A DNA stretch of 64,000 nt, taken from Ignavibacteriales bacterium (GTDB lineage: Bacteria; Bacteroidota; Ignavibacteria; UBA10030). Shown one piece after another: positions 19,186 through 28,891 of this stretch (position 1 is its first letter; the number at the start of each line of letters is the position of its first letter). The notes beneath the pieces are model-generated. The model ran no database searches, was not told the origin of the DNA, and was given only the letters and a program-made list of their open reading frames with translations. The stretch spans positions 197-64,196 of the forward strand of contig JACQBK010000044.1 in assembly GCA_016194505.1 (NCBI GenBank), given 5' to 3'. A program made the translations under genes and the position numbers.

Positions 19186-20058
19186 CTATTCAACGGTCTT
19201 AAAGATTTTCTTTTGAATTTCTCTTCCGGTTTTCGTGTTCGCAAGCCCACCCTGCGCTGATTCTTTCAATTTCGGAGACATCAAATCGCCCACTTCTTTT
19301 GTTGCAAAAATAACTTCATCGGCGGGAATGAGGCTTTGGATTCCTGCTAACGCCATTTGTGAAGAAACGAACGCATTCGCAACGCCCACAGCGTTGCGGG
19401 TCGTGCAAGGCTCTTCCACCAAACCACCGACAGGATCGCATACTAATCCCATAGACGCTTTGAGCGCAAACCCAACCGCTTCGAGAATTTGTTCTTCGTT
19501 CCCTCCAAGCAAGTATGTTATCGAAGCCGCCGCCATTGCCGCGGCGCTTCCGGTTTCGCCCATACAGCCTGCTTCCGATCCGGCAAACGAAGAATTCTTC
19601 GCAAAGATAAGTCCGATAGCGGATGAGACGAGAAGCGCATCAAGGATTCGTTCACGGGGAATTTTATGCTCTTCCATCATCGTTACCAACACGGCGGGCA
19701 TAATGCCGGCAGAGCCGGCAGTTGGCGCCGCGGCAATTTTACCCATGCAGGCATTCACTTCTCCAACGGCAATGGCGCGAGCCGTGGCTTTCTTTAATGA
19801 AGCTCCAAGAGTTTCAATAGGTGCGTTGTACACTTGCTTCGCCCAATTATTCAGCATACCGCTTGGCGAAATCACTTGTTGCGTCAATCCTTGGTCAACC
19901 GAGTCTTCCATGACAAGCAACACGCGCATGAGACCGTCATAAACTTGTTCGCGCGTTAGATGCTTGTTGCGCATTTCATAATCCACCATTGCTTGCGCCA
20001 TGTCTTTCTTTTCGCGCTTGCAATATTCTACGATGTCGGAAAGTAGACTAAATTCCAT
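19186..20058 (-). CDS. sdaAA: L-serine dehydratase (Fe-S dependent), alpha subunit
   Basis: 290 aa with conserved Cys ligands (..CMGKIAAAP.., ..GCMGETGSAA..), typical of SdaAA. Confidence 0.9.
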   Translation of the reverse strand: MEFSLLSDIVEYCKREKKDMAQAMVDYEMRNKHLTREQVYDGLMRVLLVMEDSVDQGLTQQVISPSGMLNNWAKQVYNAPIETLGASLKKATARAIAVGEVNACMGKIAAAPTAGSAGIMPAVLVTMMEEHKIPRERILDALLVSSAIGLIFAKNSSFAGSEAGCMGETGSAAAMAAASITYLLGGNEEQILEAVGFALKASMGLVCDPVGGLVEEPCTTRNAVGVANAFVSSQMALAGIQSLIPADEVIFATKEVGDLMSPKLKESAQGGLANTKTGREIQKKIFKTVE

Positions 20059-20087
20059 AGTTGTCTCTCAAGCCATCTTCGTTAGTG

Positions 20088-20250
20088 TGAGGGGGCTAAA
20101 GCCCTTATTTCTTTTGGGTGTTGTTCCACCCCGACCTATCCCGCCATGCCTGCGGCAGGCAGGTTGTACGGGATGCTGAAAAACGCAAAGGTCGGGGTTA
20201 TTACGATACCTCTCCAGCCATAGTTATAACCCCGCCCTTTAGGGCGTGGG
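20088..20250. repeat. Mosaic palindromic repeat element inserted between sdaAB and sdaAA
   Basis: Components: hairpin gggctaaagccc (20093-20104); a long nested hairpin ccccgacct-atcccg-..gcctgcggcaggc..-cgggat-..-aggtcgggg (20129-20197); 'ttataaccccgccctttagggcg' (20224-20248). Modules are shared with the element at 34605-34854. Confidence 0.6.
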
Positions 20251-20328
20251 CACAATCGAGTACAATTCGGGTTTCAACCCTGAAAAAACCTGCCAAAAAT
20301 CATTTTTGAGATGGTTTCTACGTATACT

Positions 20329-21024
20329 TTACTTTTCATACCGCGAGCTTCCTTCAAGCATCGGCTCGACAAGCCGGACAAACTTCACCCAAGAAAAGTT
20401 TTTTATTTCCTTTAATGTATCGTCATCAAGAGCCTGGTCAAGCTCGATCACCATATTTGCGATGTTTTCCATGCGCGAGACGAACATATTGGCGATGTTC
20501 ACTTGCCGCTGGGCTATCGCCCCGCTGATATGCTGAATGCTTCCCGGAACATCGTCCGCGATAATAACGACTGTATGGGTCTGCGCATTAAAATCTACCG
20601 GAAACCCTTCAATCTCCTGAATTTTTATCCTTCCCCCTCCTAACGACGCGCCAACGACTTCCACCGTGCCGCCGTTTTTTGCAAACAATTTGATACGTGC
20701 CGTATTCGAATGGAATCTTACAAAATCTCCAACGAACTTGAACTCCCACTCCAAACCTGCTTTCTTTGCAAGCTCCGGCGATTGACGAATCCGCTCGTCG
20801 TCAGGACCAAATCCCAAAATGCCCCCGATGATCGCTTTGTCGGTTCCATGCCCTTTGTGAGTCTTAGCAAAGGAATTGTAGAGAGTGATAATTGCCTTTT
20901 TAGGCTCATCGTGCAGTAACTGCCGCGCAACATACCCAATGCGGCTGGCGCCCGCTGTGTGTGAGCTCGAAGGTCCGATCATAATCGGACCAAGAATGTC
21001 AAACAGTGATGGTTGTTCTGTCAT
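20329..21024 (-). CDS. sdaAB: L-serine dehydratase, beta subunit (with ACT-like domain)
   Basis: N-terminal IGPSSSHTAG motif. 231 aa. Lies upstream of sdaAA. Confidence 0.85.
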   Translation of the reverse strand: MTEQPSLFDILGPIMIGPSSSHTAGASRIGYVARQLLHDEPKKAIITLYNSFAKTHKGHGTDKAIIGGILGFGPDDERIRQSPELAKKAGLEWEFKFVGDFVRFHSNTARIKLFAKNGGTVEVVGASLGGGRIKIQEIEGFPVDFNAQTHTVVIIADDVPGSIQHISGAIAQRQVNIANMFVSRMENIANMVIELDQALDDDTLKEIKNFSWVKFVRLVEPMLEGSSRYEK

Positions 21025-21028
21025 AGAA

Positions 21029-22456
21029 TTAAAAGTATGGTCTCACTCTAAATGCAACGCCGATTTCCTTTTCCACGAATTGTTTTGCCTTTTCTTTCTC
21101 TATCTCATCCATGCCAATAACTGTCATCGTTACTTCAGGAATGTATTTTTTGCATTCGCGGGCAAACTCCACCATCGCTTTGTGAAAGCGCTCACCGTCA
21201 ACCCTCATCAATTCTCCATACTGCTTCGGATCAATGGAATTGAGACTGATGGAGACGCTGTCAACCAAGCCGGCTAACTCAGGAACAATGTTGCGGTTGT
21301 TGATAATGTTTCCATGACCATCCGTGTTGAGACGAACTTTTCCCCCATGTTCCTTCACCCATGTTGCCACCTCTTTAATAACATCTAATCGGATTGTCGG
21401 TTCCCCGTAACCACAGAATACAATTTCATCATATTTTGTGGGGTCAGATATGGCTTGAATGACCTCTTGGCTTGTCGGTTCATGCTCGATTTTCAGATTA
21501 TAACCTTTTATGACCGCCTCGCCCTTCCTATCGCAAAAGACGCAATCCGCATTACAGCGAATCGTGATATTAAGATAGAGTGAATTGCGCAGTTTGTAGA
21601 TAATCCGTGGCGAATCCATCGGCTCGATACCGAAGAGTTTTTTGGCATTATAGCTCGTTATGCGCGCAACGTCTTCCGTTGAGGCGCGAAATATTTCGGC
21701 AATCTTATTAGCAATCAACGGAATGTTCGATGGCTCATTACGTTTGCCCCGCAATGGAGCGGGAGCGAGATACGGTGAATCCGTCTCAAGAAGAATGTGG
21801 TCGTACCCGATGTCTTTGAGCGTTTCAATGACAGGAGAGTTTTTAAACGTTACAATACCGGGGTACGAAACATAAAACCCCATTTCAAGAAGTTGCCATG
21901 CTTGTTGCGCATCTCCCGTGAAACAATGGAACACGCCTTTAGGAGTAGAATAGCGGCTGTGCTCGTTATGATACTGTTCCCGCCACGTTCCATCCGAAGC
22001 AAGAGCTTTTTCCACAACGGCGATGGATTCAGCCATGGATTCTCTCGTATGAACAACAATAGGAAGGTTCCGCCGAATCGCAATGTGGATTTGCTGTTCA
22101 AAAACTTCAATCTGTTGTTGGCGCGGAGAAAAATCATAGTGGAAATCGAGACCAATTTCCCCGATGCCGACCACCTTTTTATGCTTGCTTAATTCTTCTA
22201 TTTCACGGAGCGTTTCATCGTTGGCTTTTGATGCGTCGTGCGGATGAAAACCAACGCAGGCATAAATAAAATCGTATTTCTCTGATAGCTCAAGCGCCTC
22301 TTTGCTTGTCTCAACGTTTGTGCCCGGCACGATAATGCATTCAATACCGGCATCCTGAGCGCGTTGAAGAACGTCATCCCGGTCAGTTTTATAATCTTCA
22401 AAAAAAATATGTGCGTGTGAATCTATGTACATGATATTATGAGGAATGCTTCGCAA
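21029..22456 (-). CDS. Fusion protein: N-terminal TatD-family metal-dependent hydrolase plus C-terminal radical SAM domain (TatD-associated rSAM, TIGR04038-like)
   Basis: N-terminus DSHAHIFFEDY.. and other TatD His/Asp motifs. C-terminal CNADCVFC (Cx3Cx2C) radical SAM cluster motif. 475 aa; the start may be the internal MYIDSHAH (~22432). Confidence 0.8.
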   Translation of the reverse strand: MRSIPHNIMYIDSHAHIFFEDYKTDRDDVLQRAQDAGIECIIVPGTNVETSKEALELSEKYDFIYACVGFHPHDASKANDETLREIEELSKHKKVVGIGEIGLDFHYDFSPRQQQIEVFEQQIHIAIRRNLPIVVHTRESMAESIAVVEKALASDGTWREQYHNEHSRYSTPKGVFHCFTGDAQQAWQLLEMGFYVSYPGIVTFKNSPVIETLKDIGYDHILLETDSPYLAPAPLRGKRNEPSNIPLIANKIAEIFRASTEDVARITSYNAKKLFGIEPMDSPRIIYKLRNSLYLNITIRCNADCVFCDRKGEAVIKGYNLKIEHEPTSQEVIQAISDPTKYDEIVFCGYGEPTIRLDVIKEVATWVKEHGGKVRLNTDGHGNIINNRNIVPELAGLVDSVSISLNSIDPKQYGELMRVDGERFHKAMVEFARECKKYIPEVTMTVIGMDEIEKEKAKQFVEKEIGVAFRVRPYF

Positions 22457-22481
22457 AACGAAAAAAATCTTTATCCAGAGT

Positions 22482-22649
22482 CACCTGAAAAATAGATATA
22501 GTATGTATTTGCGAGGAGCTTGCCCGCCGTGGCGGGCGACGAAGCCTGTCCGCCGACAGGCGGGCAATCTCTCAATCAAAGGACAAATGGGATTGCTTCG
22601 TCGTCCTTTCAGGGCTCCTCGCAATGACTTTTTGTAAGTTACTCTAATC
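22482..22649. repeat. Degenerate copy of the MITE-like fold-back element family (opposite orientation to the 61906-62061 copy)
   Basis: The internal 38-nt block ggattgcttcgtcgtcctttcagg(g)ctcctcgcaatgac matches the reverse complement of 61930-61970. Ends are degenerate TIR-like (cacctgaaaaatagatata / ctttttgtaagttactctaatc). Long-range pairing ttgcgaggagc/gctcctcgcaa. Confidence 0.55.
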
Positions 22650-22701
22650 TTTGATTTGTTGCAAGGAAGGTTTTTGTTGTATCAACAATCAATACAACAG
22701 T

Positions 22702-24936
22702 TTACCAGATTCCATCGAGAGTCAGCGTAAAGCTACGTACGGGTGCGAGATTGCCGATAAGCTCCACATAATGGTAGTTGAGAAGGTTGTTGATGTTAAA
22801 CCCAACCCGCACAGGGAGTCCTTCATCAATGAGATCATACGAGAAGCGGAGGTCAACTACTTTGATTGGAACGCGCTGTTCACCATCAATAATTGGAGCA
22901 AGGCGGACAAGGTTTTCGTCTATGCGCTCAATGCGGCTCACGTATCGAACATCTGCAGACGATTTAAAATTACCGAACGTCAACGCTCCAGAAGCGTAAA
23001 GAATATGCCGCGGCCTGAACTTTAGAATTGTCTGTTCCGTTAAATCCTCGGGCCAAGTGTAGGTATATCCGACATCGCTCGAAAGATGTTTCTTCCACCA
23101 ATCAATTTTGACACCGACTTCCGCGCCCTGAATTCTCGCTTTCGTTACGTTTTCAAATTGAATAACCGGTCCCTCCACTTCTCTCGTACTCGTTGGATCA
23201 GGTTTGTATCGCTTAATCTGCACAAGCGGTTCGATCAAATTATCAAAGCTGTTGCTAAATATCGCTGCATCTACAAATACAGAAGGCGTGATTGAACTGC
23301 CGGCGCCAATTTCGTACGAGATGCTATGCTCGACCGCCAAATCCGTATTGGGAAGAACGACCACTTGAGAGACGTTCGTAGAACTTGTAATATACAACTC
23401 ACTAATGCCCGGATAACGGAATCCTGAGCCAAAGGAGGCGCGAAGGCTCGTTTCATTGTCAAGTTTATAAACAATGCCAAGCTTAGGATTCAACTGCGCA
23501 ACGGAAGGCAAAGAAGAAACTTTCTGCATATCGAATCTCAATCCCGCCGTCAGGCGCAGTTGTGATGTAAGCTCAAGTTCATCCTGCACATACACAGCTC
23601 CCCCAACGCCGGGGTGAGAACCGAACAAGTTGGCGTTCACTTTATCATAATTCCCGGCAACGCCAAACGTGAGGATATTCGATTTTGCAATCTCGTACGT
23701 GGCTTGTCCTTCGAAATTAAATAAATGCGAGGCAGATACATTATTCACATTTCCTGCGCTGTCATCTCGCCAAAAATTGCCGAAATATATTCCCTTCACC
23801 GAATAAATAAATTTATCCGACACAAATTCCTTATAGTGAAAGCCTATATTGCCGCGATTGGATTCGACGTTGCCATTAAGCTGGGAGTCCGCAGGGCGAG
23901 TTGCCTCGCGAAGATCACGCCACCAGAAAAAATTGCCATGCGTTCGGCGCACAAAGTTTGCGGAGATGGTGAGATTTTGGGATGTAGAAAGATCGTATTT
24001 CAGTTTTGAATACAAACTCCACCGATGGTAAGTATCATTTTGGCGATAGCTTTCATCAACCGTCCTGCCAACGCTGACCAGATAACCCAACGGACCGCTT
24101 TTGTCCGAGTATGTGAGCATAGCGCCGCTATTAAAACGGGGTTTATCCGTCCATTGCCATTCAGCGTAGCGGGGCTTGTCATATAAACTTGAAAATAATC
24201 GGAACCGCAATTCCGGAGACTGCGAAAAATCTTTTGTAATAACATTGACCACTCCGCCAAGCGCACTTGAGCCGTACAACGCAGAGCCTGCGCCTTTCAC
24301 CACTTCAATCCTTTCAACCTGGTGAGTCGGGATAGCCTCCCAGTTGATCTCACCGGTATCGCCCGTAATAAACGGCAAGCCGTCCAATAAAAGAAGGACG
24401 CGGCTTCCCACTCCTCTGCTATAACCTGTCGAGCCGCGAATGTTTATTTGATCCTGCATTAAATTCACTCCCGGCACGTACCGAAGCGCATCGTCGAGCG
24501 TTATGTTGTTTCGCTCAGCGATTGTTTTAGCAGTCACTGTTGAAACGCTTACTGGTACTTCCTGGAGGCCTTGCTCCCTGCGGCTTGCAGTGACAACGAT
24601 TTCTTTTTCTTGAATCTCGGCGGGCAACAACTGTAAAGAAAGCGAATATTCCTCGCCTTGTTTGATTATAATTCCACTGAACAATTTGCGCTGATAACCG
24701 ATAAGGGAGGCTTCAATAGTGTATGTTCCAACCGGGACCTTATAAATCTTGAATTCACCATGAGTATTCGTCACGGCACCAAGGAATGTTCCTTTAATGA
24801 TTACATTAGCACCGGCTAAAGGATTTTGGGTCTCAGCGTCCGTTACTTTCCCCGAAATCGAACCCGTACCGGTCTGGCTCAACGCAGTCGAGAAGCAAGC
24901 CAGGAAAAGAATGCTATATGTGATGATCTTTTTCAA
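22702..24936 (-). CDS. TonB-dependent outer-membrane receptor with N-terminal CarboxypepD_reg-like domain, 744 aa
   Basis: Signal peptide, CarboxypepD_reg-like N-domain (GKVTDAETQNPLAGANVIIKG), plug, and a beta-barrel with a terminal aromatic residue (..LDGIW). Confidence 0.9.
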   Translation of the reverse strand: MKKIITYSILFLACFSTALSQTGTGSISGKVTDAETQNPLAGANVIIKGTFLGAVTNTHGEFKIYKVPVGTYTIEASLIGYQRKLFSGIIIKQGEEYSLSLQLLPAEIQEKEIVVTASRREQGLQEVPVSVSTVTAKTIAERNNITLDDALRYVPGVNLMQDQINIRGSTGYSRGVGSRVLLLLDGLPFITGDTGEINWEAIPTHQVERIEVVKGAGSALYGSSALGGVVNVITKDFSQSPELRFRLFSSLYDKPRYAEWQWTDKPRFNSGAMLTYSDKSGPLGYLVSVGRTVDESYRQNDTYHRWSLYSKLKYDLSTSQNLTISANFVRRTHGNFFWWRDLREATRPADSQLNGNVESNRGNIGFHYKEFVSDKFIYSVKGIYFGNFWRDDSAGNVNNVSASHLFNFEGQATYEIAKSNILTFGVAGNYDKVNANLFGSHPGVGGAVYVQDELELTSQLRLTAGLRFDMQKVSSLPSVAQLNPKLGIVYKLDNETSLRASFGSGFRYPGISELYITSSTNVSQVVVLPNTDLAVEHSISYEIGAGSSITPSVFVDAAIFSNSFDNLIEPLVQIKRYKPDPTSTREVEGPVIQFENVTKARIQGAEVGVKIDWWKKHLSSDVGYTYTWPEDLTEQTILKFRPRHILYASGALTFGNFKSSADVRYVSRIERIDENLVRLAPIIDGEQRVPIKVVDLRFSYDLIDEGLPVRVGFNINNLLNYHYVELIGNLAPVRSFTLTLDGIW

Positions 24937-25430
24937 AACGGTTGAGGCGGAAGTTTATGAAAACTGACGTTAATATTAATCCCTGGCACAAACTGAAAAT
25001 CGCCCACCGAGATCGGAATGGGCAATGGGGGGTTATCAGTCGTGCTATACACACCCACAACACGGATGCTCCGCACATTGATCTCATCTCGAAACCGCTG
25101 TAATACTCCAATGTACCGATAAGTAGCAGGCGGCACTTTAAATGAATACGAAACAGAATCAACAAAGAATGGAAGGTTGCCATCCAAGGCCGGATAAATA
25201 TAAATAGTGGGTGGATTGGACAACAAGCCGGAAAATATTTTTACTGAATCAAGCGGATAAACCTGGGAGGCAAAGAGCCATACATTGACCAAACTATCCT
25301 GGGGGGGCCAGGTGCCTTTGGCAAAATAAATCGTTCCTCCGAAGCCGGGTTCAACTGCGGGCGGCGGTGCAAGCCCATGGTCGCAAGAATAAAACAAAAC
25401 TATTATGGCAATAACGGCGAAATATTTCAT
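24933..25430 (-). CDS. Small lipoprotein of unknown function, translationally coupled upstream of the TonB-dependent receptor
   Basis: Lipobox LFYSC. The stop overlaps the receptor start (ATGA at 24933-24936). Pro-rich. Confidence 0.4.
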   Translation of the reverse strand: MKYFAVIAIIVLFYSCDHGLAPPPAVEPGFGGTIYFAKGTWPPQDSLVNVWLFASQVYPLDSVKIFSGLLSNPPTIYIYPALDGNLPFFVDSVSYSFKVPPATYRYIGVLQRFRDEINVRSIRVVGVYSTTDNPPLPIPISVGDFQFVPGININVSFHKLPPQPF

Positions 25431-25567
25431 ACGTTCTGGGAAAAAGTAGCAATCGTCTGACTGAAAAGCAACTGATAGAATTTCGAGTAATACGAACGGA
25501 CGCTGTTCATCCCCTGCTGAAACCGAGTGCCTGTTCTAACACCCGCACAATCGAGGACAAACGCAAA

Positions 25568-26404
25568 ATGAGGTTGGAAATCTTGGCACAGTTGCTTATA
25601 TTTACAAGTCATAATGAGAATTTCGAAACAGTGCAAGCCACAATCAACGCCGTGAACCTAACAAACAACCCCGGTGGAAAACCACATAAGGAACCCCAAC
25701 CGGAACGCCAAACGTACGAGCAAGCGTACGTTCGCTCTTTATTTGATGGTATCGCTTATCGCTATGACTTTCTCAATCATTTTCTCAGTTACGGGTTCGA
25801 TATACTATGGCGAAAGAAAGCCATCCGCCTTCTGAGAGAATTTAAGCCGCGCACTATTTTGGACATTGCGACAGGAACTGCCGATTTAGCAATAGAGGCT
25901 GTCCGGCTCCAGCCCGAACATATCTATGGTGTTGATATATCCTCCGCAATGCTTGCCGTTGGACGCAGGAAGATTGCTCAACGCCGGCTCGGTTCTGTTA
26001 TTGCTCTTCAAGAAGGTCAAGCGGAACAATTGCCATTCCCTGATCACTCGATGGATGCGGTCATGGTGGCATTTGGTGTTCGAAATTTTTCGAATCTTGA
26101 GCAGGGGCTTGCGGAAATGCACCGCGTCTTGAAATCGCAGGGCGTTGCAATGATTCTTGAGTTCTCACAACCGCGCAGAACTCCATTGAAGCAACTGTAT
26201 GGCTTGTACTTCCGAAGAATTCTTCCTGTGTTGGGAGGAGTGGTGTCAAAAAGGCGTGCGGCGTATGAGTATCTTCCTAACACGGTGGCGCAATTTCCCG
26301 ATGGAGAAGATTTTTTAAAAATTTTAAAGGCAACCGGTTTTCAACAGGTAAAGCACTATCCGTTAACATTCGGCATTGCAACGATTTATTTGGCGACCAA
26401 ATAA
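25568..26404 (+). CDS. menG: Demethylmenaquinone / ubiquinone-menaquinone C-methyltransferase (UbiE/MenG family)
   Basis: SAM-binding motif ILDIATGTADLAIE and the UbiE family C-terminus. The start is uncertain; it may be the GTG at ~25652 (VNLTNNPGGK...). Confidence 0.85.
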   Translation: MRLEILAQLLIFTSHNENFETVQATINAVNLTNNPGGKPHKEPQPERQTYEQAYVRSLFDGIAYRYDFLNHFLSYGFDILWRKKAIRLLREFKPRTILDIATGTADLAIEAVRLQPEHIYGVDISSAMLAVGRRKIAQRRLGSVIALQEGQAEQLPFPDHSMDAVMVAFGVRNFSNLEQGLAEMHRVLKSQGVAMILEFSQPRRTPLKQLYGLYFRRILPVLGGVVSKRRAAYEYLPNTVAQFPDGEDFLKILKATGFQQVKHYPLTFGIATIYLATK

Positions 26405-26434
26405 CCTTACACAACGAGGAAAGAAATAAGATTC

Positions 26435-27271
26435 ATGATAGAAAAAATTATCCGTGTTGGGCATAGTCCTGATCCCGATGACGCATTTATGTTTTACGGA
26501 CTTTCCAGCGGTAAAGTTAAAATACCGGGCATTACAATTCAACATCAACTTGAGGATATTCAATCGTTAAATATTCGGGCGTTACAAGGAGAACTTGAGG
26601 TCACGGCAATTTCAGCCCACGCATACGCTTATGTTGCGGATAAATATTGGATCATGGCAACAGGAGCAAGCATGGGTGAAGGGTATGGACCGGTTATCGT
26701 TTCCAAAAAATATCGCACACTGGATGAGCTTCAAGGCAAAACAGTTGCCACGCCCGGCAAAATGACAACTGCTACATTACTCTTAAAAATTTTTGCGGAA
26801 GGAATACACAACGTTGATATTCCCTTCGACCAAATTATGGAGCGTGTCAGCAGCGGCGAGTTTGACGCAGGTCTTTTGATACACGAAGGGCAAATTACTT
26901 ACAAAGGACAAGGATTTAATAAAATTCTTGATTTCGGCGAACTATGGGCGCGCTTATACGATAAGCTCCCTCTCCCGCTCGGATTAGATGTCGTCAGAAA
27001 AGACCTGGGAGAAGAAACAGCGCGGCACCTTTCGCAAGGGTTGCGGCAAAGCATCCACTACGGCTACACACATCAATCTGACGCTATTCCGTACGCCCTC
27101 CAATATGGAAGAGGCATCAACACGCAACTTGGCGAGCAGTTTGTTAAAATGTATGTCAGCGAATTAACTGTTAATATGGGAAAACGGGGCAAGCAAGCCC
27201 TGGAGCTTCTTTTCAAACTCGGCGCTGAGAGAGAAGTCATACCGGCGGTCCCGAAAATAGTTCTATATTGA
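26435..27271 (+). CDS. mqnD: Menaquinone (futalosine pathway) MqnA/MqnD-family protein, most like 1,4-dihydroxy-6-naphthoate synthase MqnD
   Basis: 278 aa, PF02621-type periplasmic-binding-like fold; the N-terminal VGHSPDPDDAFMFYGL resembles the MqnD signature. Cluster context supports it. Confidence 0.55.
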   Translation: MIEKIIRVGHSPDPDDAFMFYGLSSGKVKIPGITIQHQLEDIQSLNIRALQGELEVTAISAHAYAYVADKYWIMATGASMGEGYGPVIVSKKYRTLDELQGKTVATPGKMTTATLLLKIFAEGIHNVDIPFDQIMERVSSGEFDAGLLIHEGQITYKGQGFNKILDFGELWARLYDKLPLPLGLDVVRKDLGEETARHLSQGLRQSIHYGYTHQSDAIPYALQYGRGINTQLGEQFVKMYVSELTVNMGKRGKQALELLFKLGAEREVIPAVPKIVLY

Positions 27272-27278
27272 TATCTGC

Positions 27279-28199
27279 ATGATCGGACTTTTCAAAATAT
27301 TTGACGCTCACGTCCATTTTTATTCGAATTCCTATTTCCGTTTTCTTGTAAAGCAGAAAACGAACAGGCTTGATATTAACACGGAGCTGCGAAATCTTGC
27401 GGCGAAAGGGCATATTGAAATTCCCGGCGAAGACCCAGTTCAGCTTGCGAAGCGCTGGGTAGAAATTATTGATAAATGGAAAATCGAGCGGCTTCTTCTG
27501 TTCGGCAGTATGCCCGGTGACGAGGATTCCATCGTCAAAGCAGTGCAGGCGTTTCCTACGCGACTTTCCGGATTCTTTACGGTGGACCCTAACTCCAACG
27601 TTCTTATGGAAAATGCTGAGAAGCGTTTGAAACAAGATAAACTGCGCGGCATCCTCCTCTATCCCTCACTGTATCAAATCAGTGTTAACGATCCATGGCT
27701 TTATCCTCTGTACGATTTAATTCAGGAGACAAAATCCATTGTCTTCACGCAATTTGGCAAATTGGTCTTGAAGCCGCGGGAGTACGCTTCAATCCCTACA
27801 ATCGTAAACGAAGAATTTGCCAACCCCAAAGACCTTATCCCCGTCGCTAAAAAGTATCCCGGCATTAGATTTATTATTCCGCACTTCGGGGCTGGGCGAT
27901 TTGAGGAAACGTTAGAGGTTGGTAAAGAATGTCCCAATGTGTATGTGGATACCGCCGGCTCGAACTCGTGGATGGCAACCCATCCCACGAAGCTGGATCT
28001 ACGACAAGCGCTCCAAAAAACGCTTGCTGCGTTTGGCACGGGAAGAGTTTTGTTCGGCTCCGATTCCGGTATGTTTCCCCGCGGTTACCGCTATGATATT
28101 GTGGATAATCAAACCAAACTCGCGCAAGAGATGCGCCTTCCCCTCTCTGACTCAAAAAAAATTTTCTACGAAAATATAGCCGGGCTGATTGACGGCTAA
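27279..28199 (+). CDS. Amidohydrolase-2 (TIM-barrel metal-dependent hydrolase) family protein, 306 aa
   Basis: N-terminal DAHVHFY (HxH metal motif). Size is typical of the amidohydrolase_2 family. Embedded in the mqn cluster. Confidence 0.65.
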   Translation: MIGLFKIFDAHVHFYSNSYFRFLVKQKTNRLDINTELRNLAAKGHIEIPGEDPVQLAKRWVEIIDKWKIERLLLFGSMPGDEDSIVKAVQAFPTRLSGFFTVDPNSNVLMENAEKRLKQDKLRGILLYPSLYQISVNDPWLYPLYDLIQETKSIVFTQFGKLVLKPREYASIPTIVNEEFANPKDLIPVAKKYPGIRFIIPHFGAGRFEETLEVGKECPNVYVDTAGSNSWMATHPTKLDLRQALQKTLAAFGTGRVLFGSDSGMFPRGYRYDIVDNQTKLAQEMRLPLSDSKKIFYENIAGLIDG

Positions 28200-28216
28200 C
28201 CCTTCAATTTACCTAC

Positions 28217-28334
28217 AGTATCTCAAAAATGGGTTCTCAAAAGCAAAGTCACCCCGAGCGCCTGCCTGCCGGCAGGCGCTCACCATGACGGCGGGACTCA
28301 GTCTGACGGTCTTTTTTGGTATTTTTGAGATACT
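28217..28334. repeat. MITE-like fold-back element, 14-bp perfect TIR agtatctcaaaaat / atttttgagatact
   Basis: Termini at 28217-28230 and 28321-28334. The interior carries the gagcgcc-tgcctgccggcagg-cgctc palindrome (28255-28281). Confidence 0.65.
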
Positions 28335-28344
28335 TTTACTTGCT

Positions 28345-28875
28345 TTAAATCCCTAAAAATTTTAAGAATATCATAATCAACGCCAACGGATTCAACTGAT
28401 AAGGAAGGGCAGGAATGCCATTCACGTTGTATGGCATGCCGGTTAATTTGGGGTCTTCGTGAGTCTTCAATCCGCCATAATCCCATTTCGGCAAATGAGA
28501 AGCAAACTCCTGCCGTAACGCAAAGCTGAGTGAATCCTCTTTCAGAGCGCCTTGGATGATGGCTTCCCTTAGCAAAATGCCTTTCAATTCAGGATGCAAT
28601 TGCGCTAACGAATCAATGGTTTCAAGTCTCAAAATTTGGGAAAGTGGTGTTGTGCTGATGTTCGGCGGGCGTAGAAGCCGTAATAAAAGCTGGGATTGTT
28701 GACGCTGAATTTCTTGAAATTGTATTTTAAATTGTGAATCAGGAGCGGTTATATTTCGTTTCGGTCGGAGTGTGTTTTGAGCAAAGGACAATGATATGAT
28801 AAATTGAGAACACAAAATAAAAAAAACTATAACCTGCATTATTTGTTTTGAAAATGCATATAAAAGTTTTTGCAT
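28345..28875 (-). CDS. Hypothetical secreted protein (signal peptide), unknown function
   Basis: Hydrophobic N-terminus IMQVIVFFILCSQFIISLSFAQ; no motif recognised. Low codon-level confidence. Confidence 0.3.
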   Translation of the reverse strand: MQKLLYAFSKQIMQVIVFFILCSQFIISLSFAQNTLRPKRNITAPDSQFKIQFQEIQRQQSQLLLRLLRPPNISTTPLSQILRLETIDSLAQLHPELKGILLREAIIQGALKEDSLSFALRQEFASHLPKWDYGGLKTHEDPKLTGMPYNVNGIPALPYQLNPLALIMIFLKFLGI

Positions 28876-28891
28876 TTTTAAAAGCCTTCAG

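Noticed and set aside
25427-25636. 69-aa minus-strand ORF overlapping the menG start
   Set aside because: Cys/His-rich nonsense translation in the divergent promoter region. It conflicts with the menG N-terminus.
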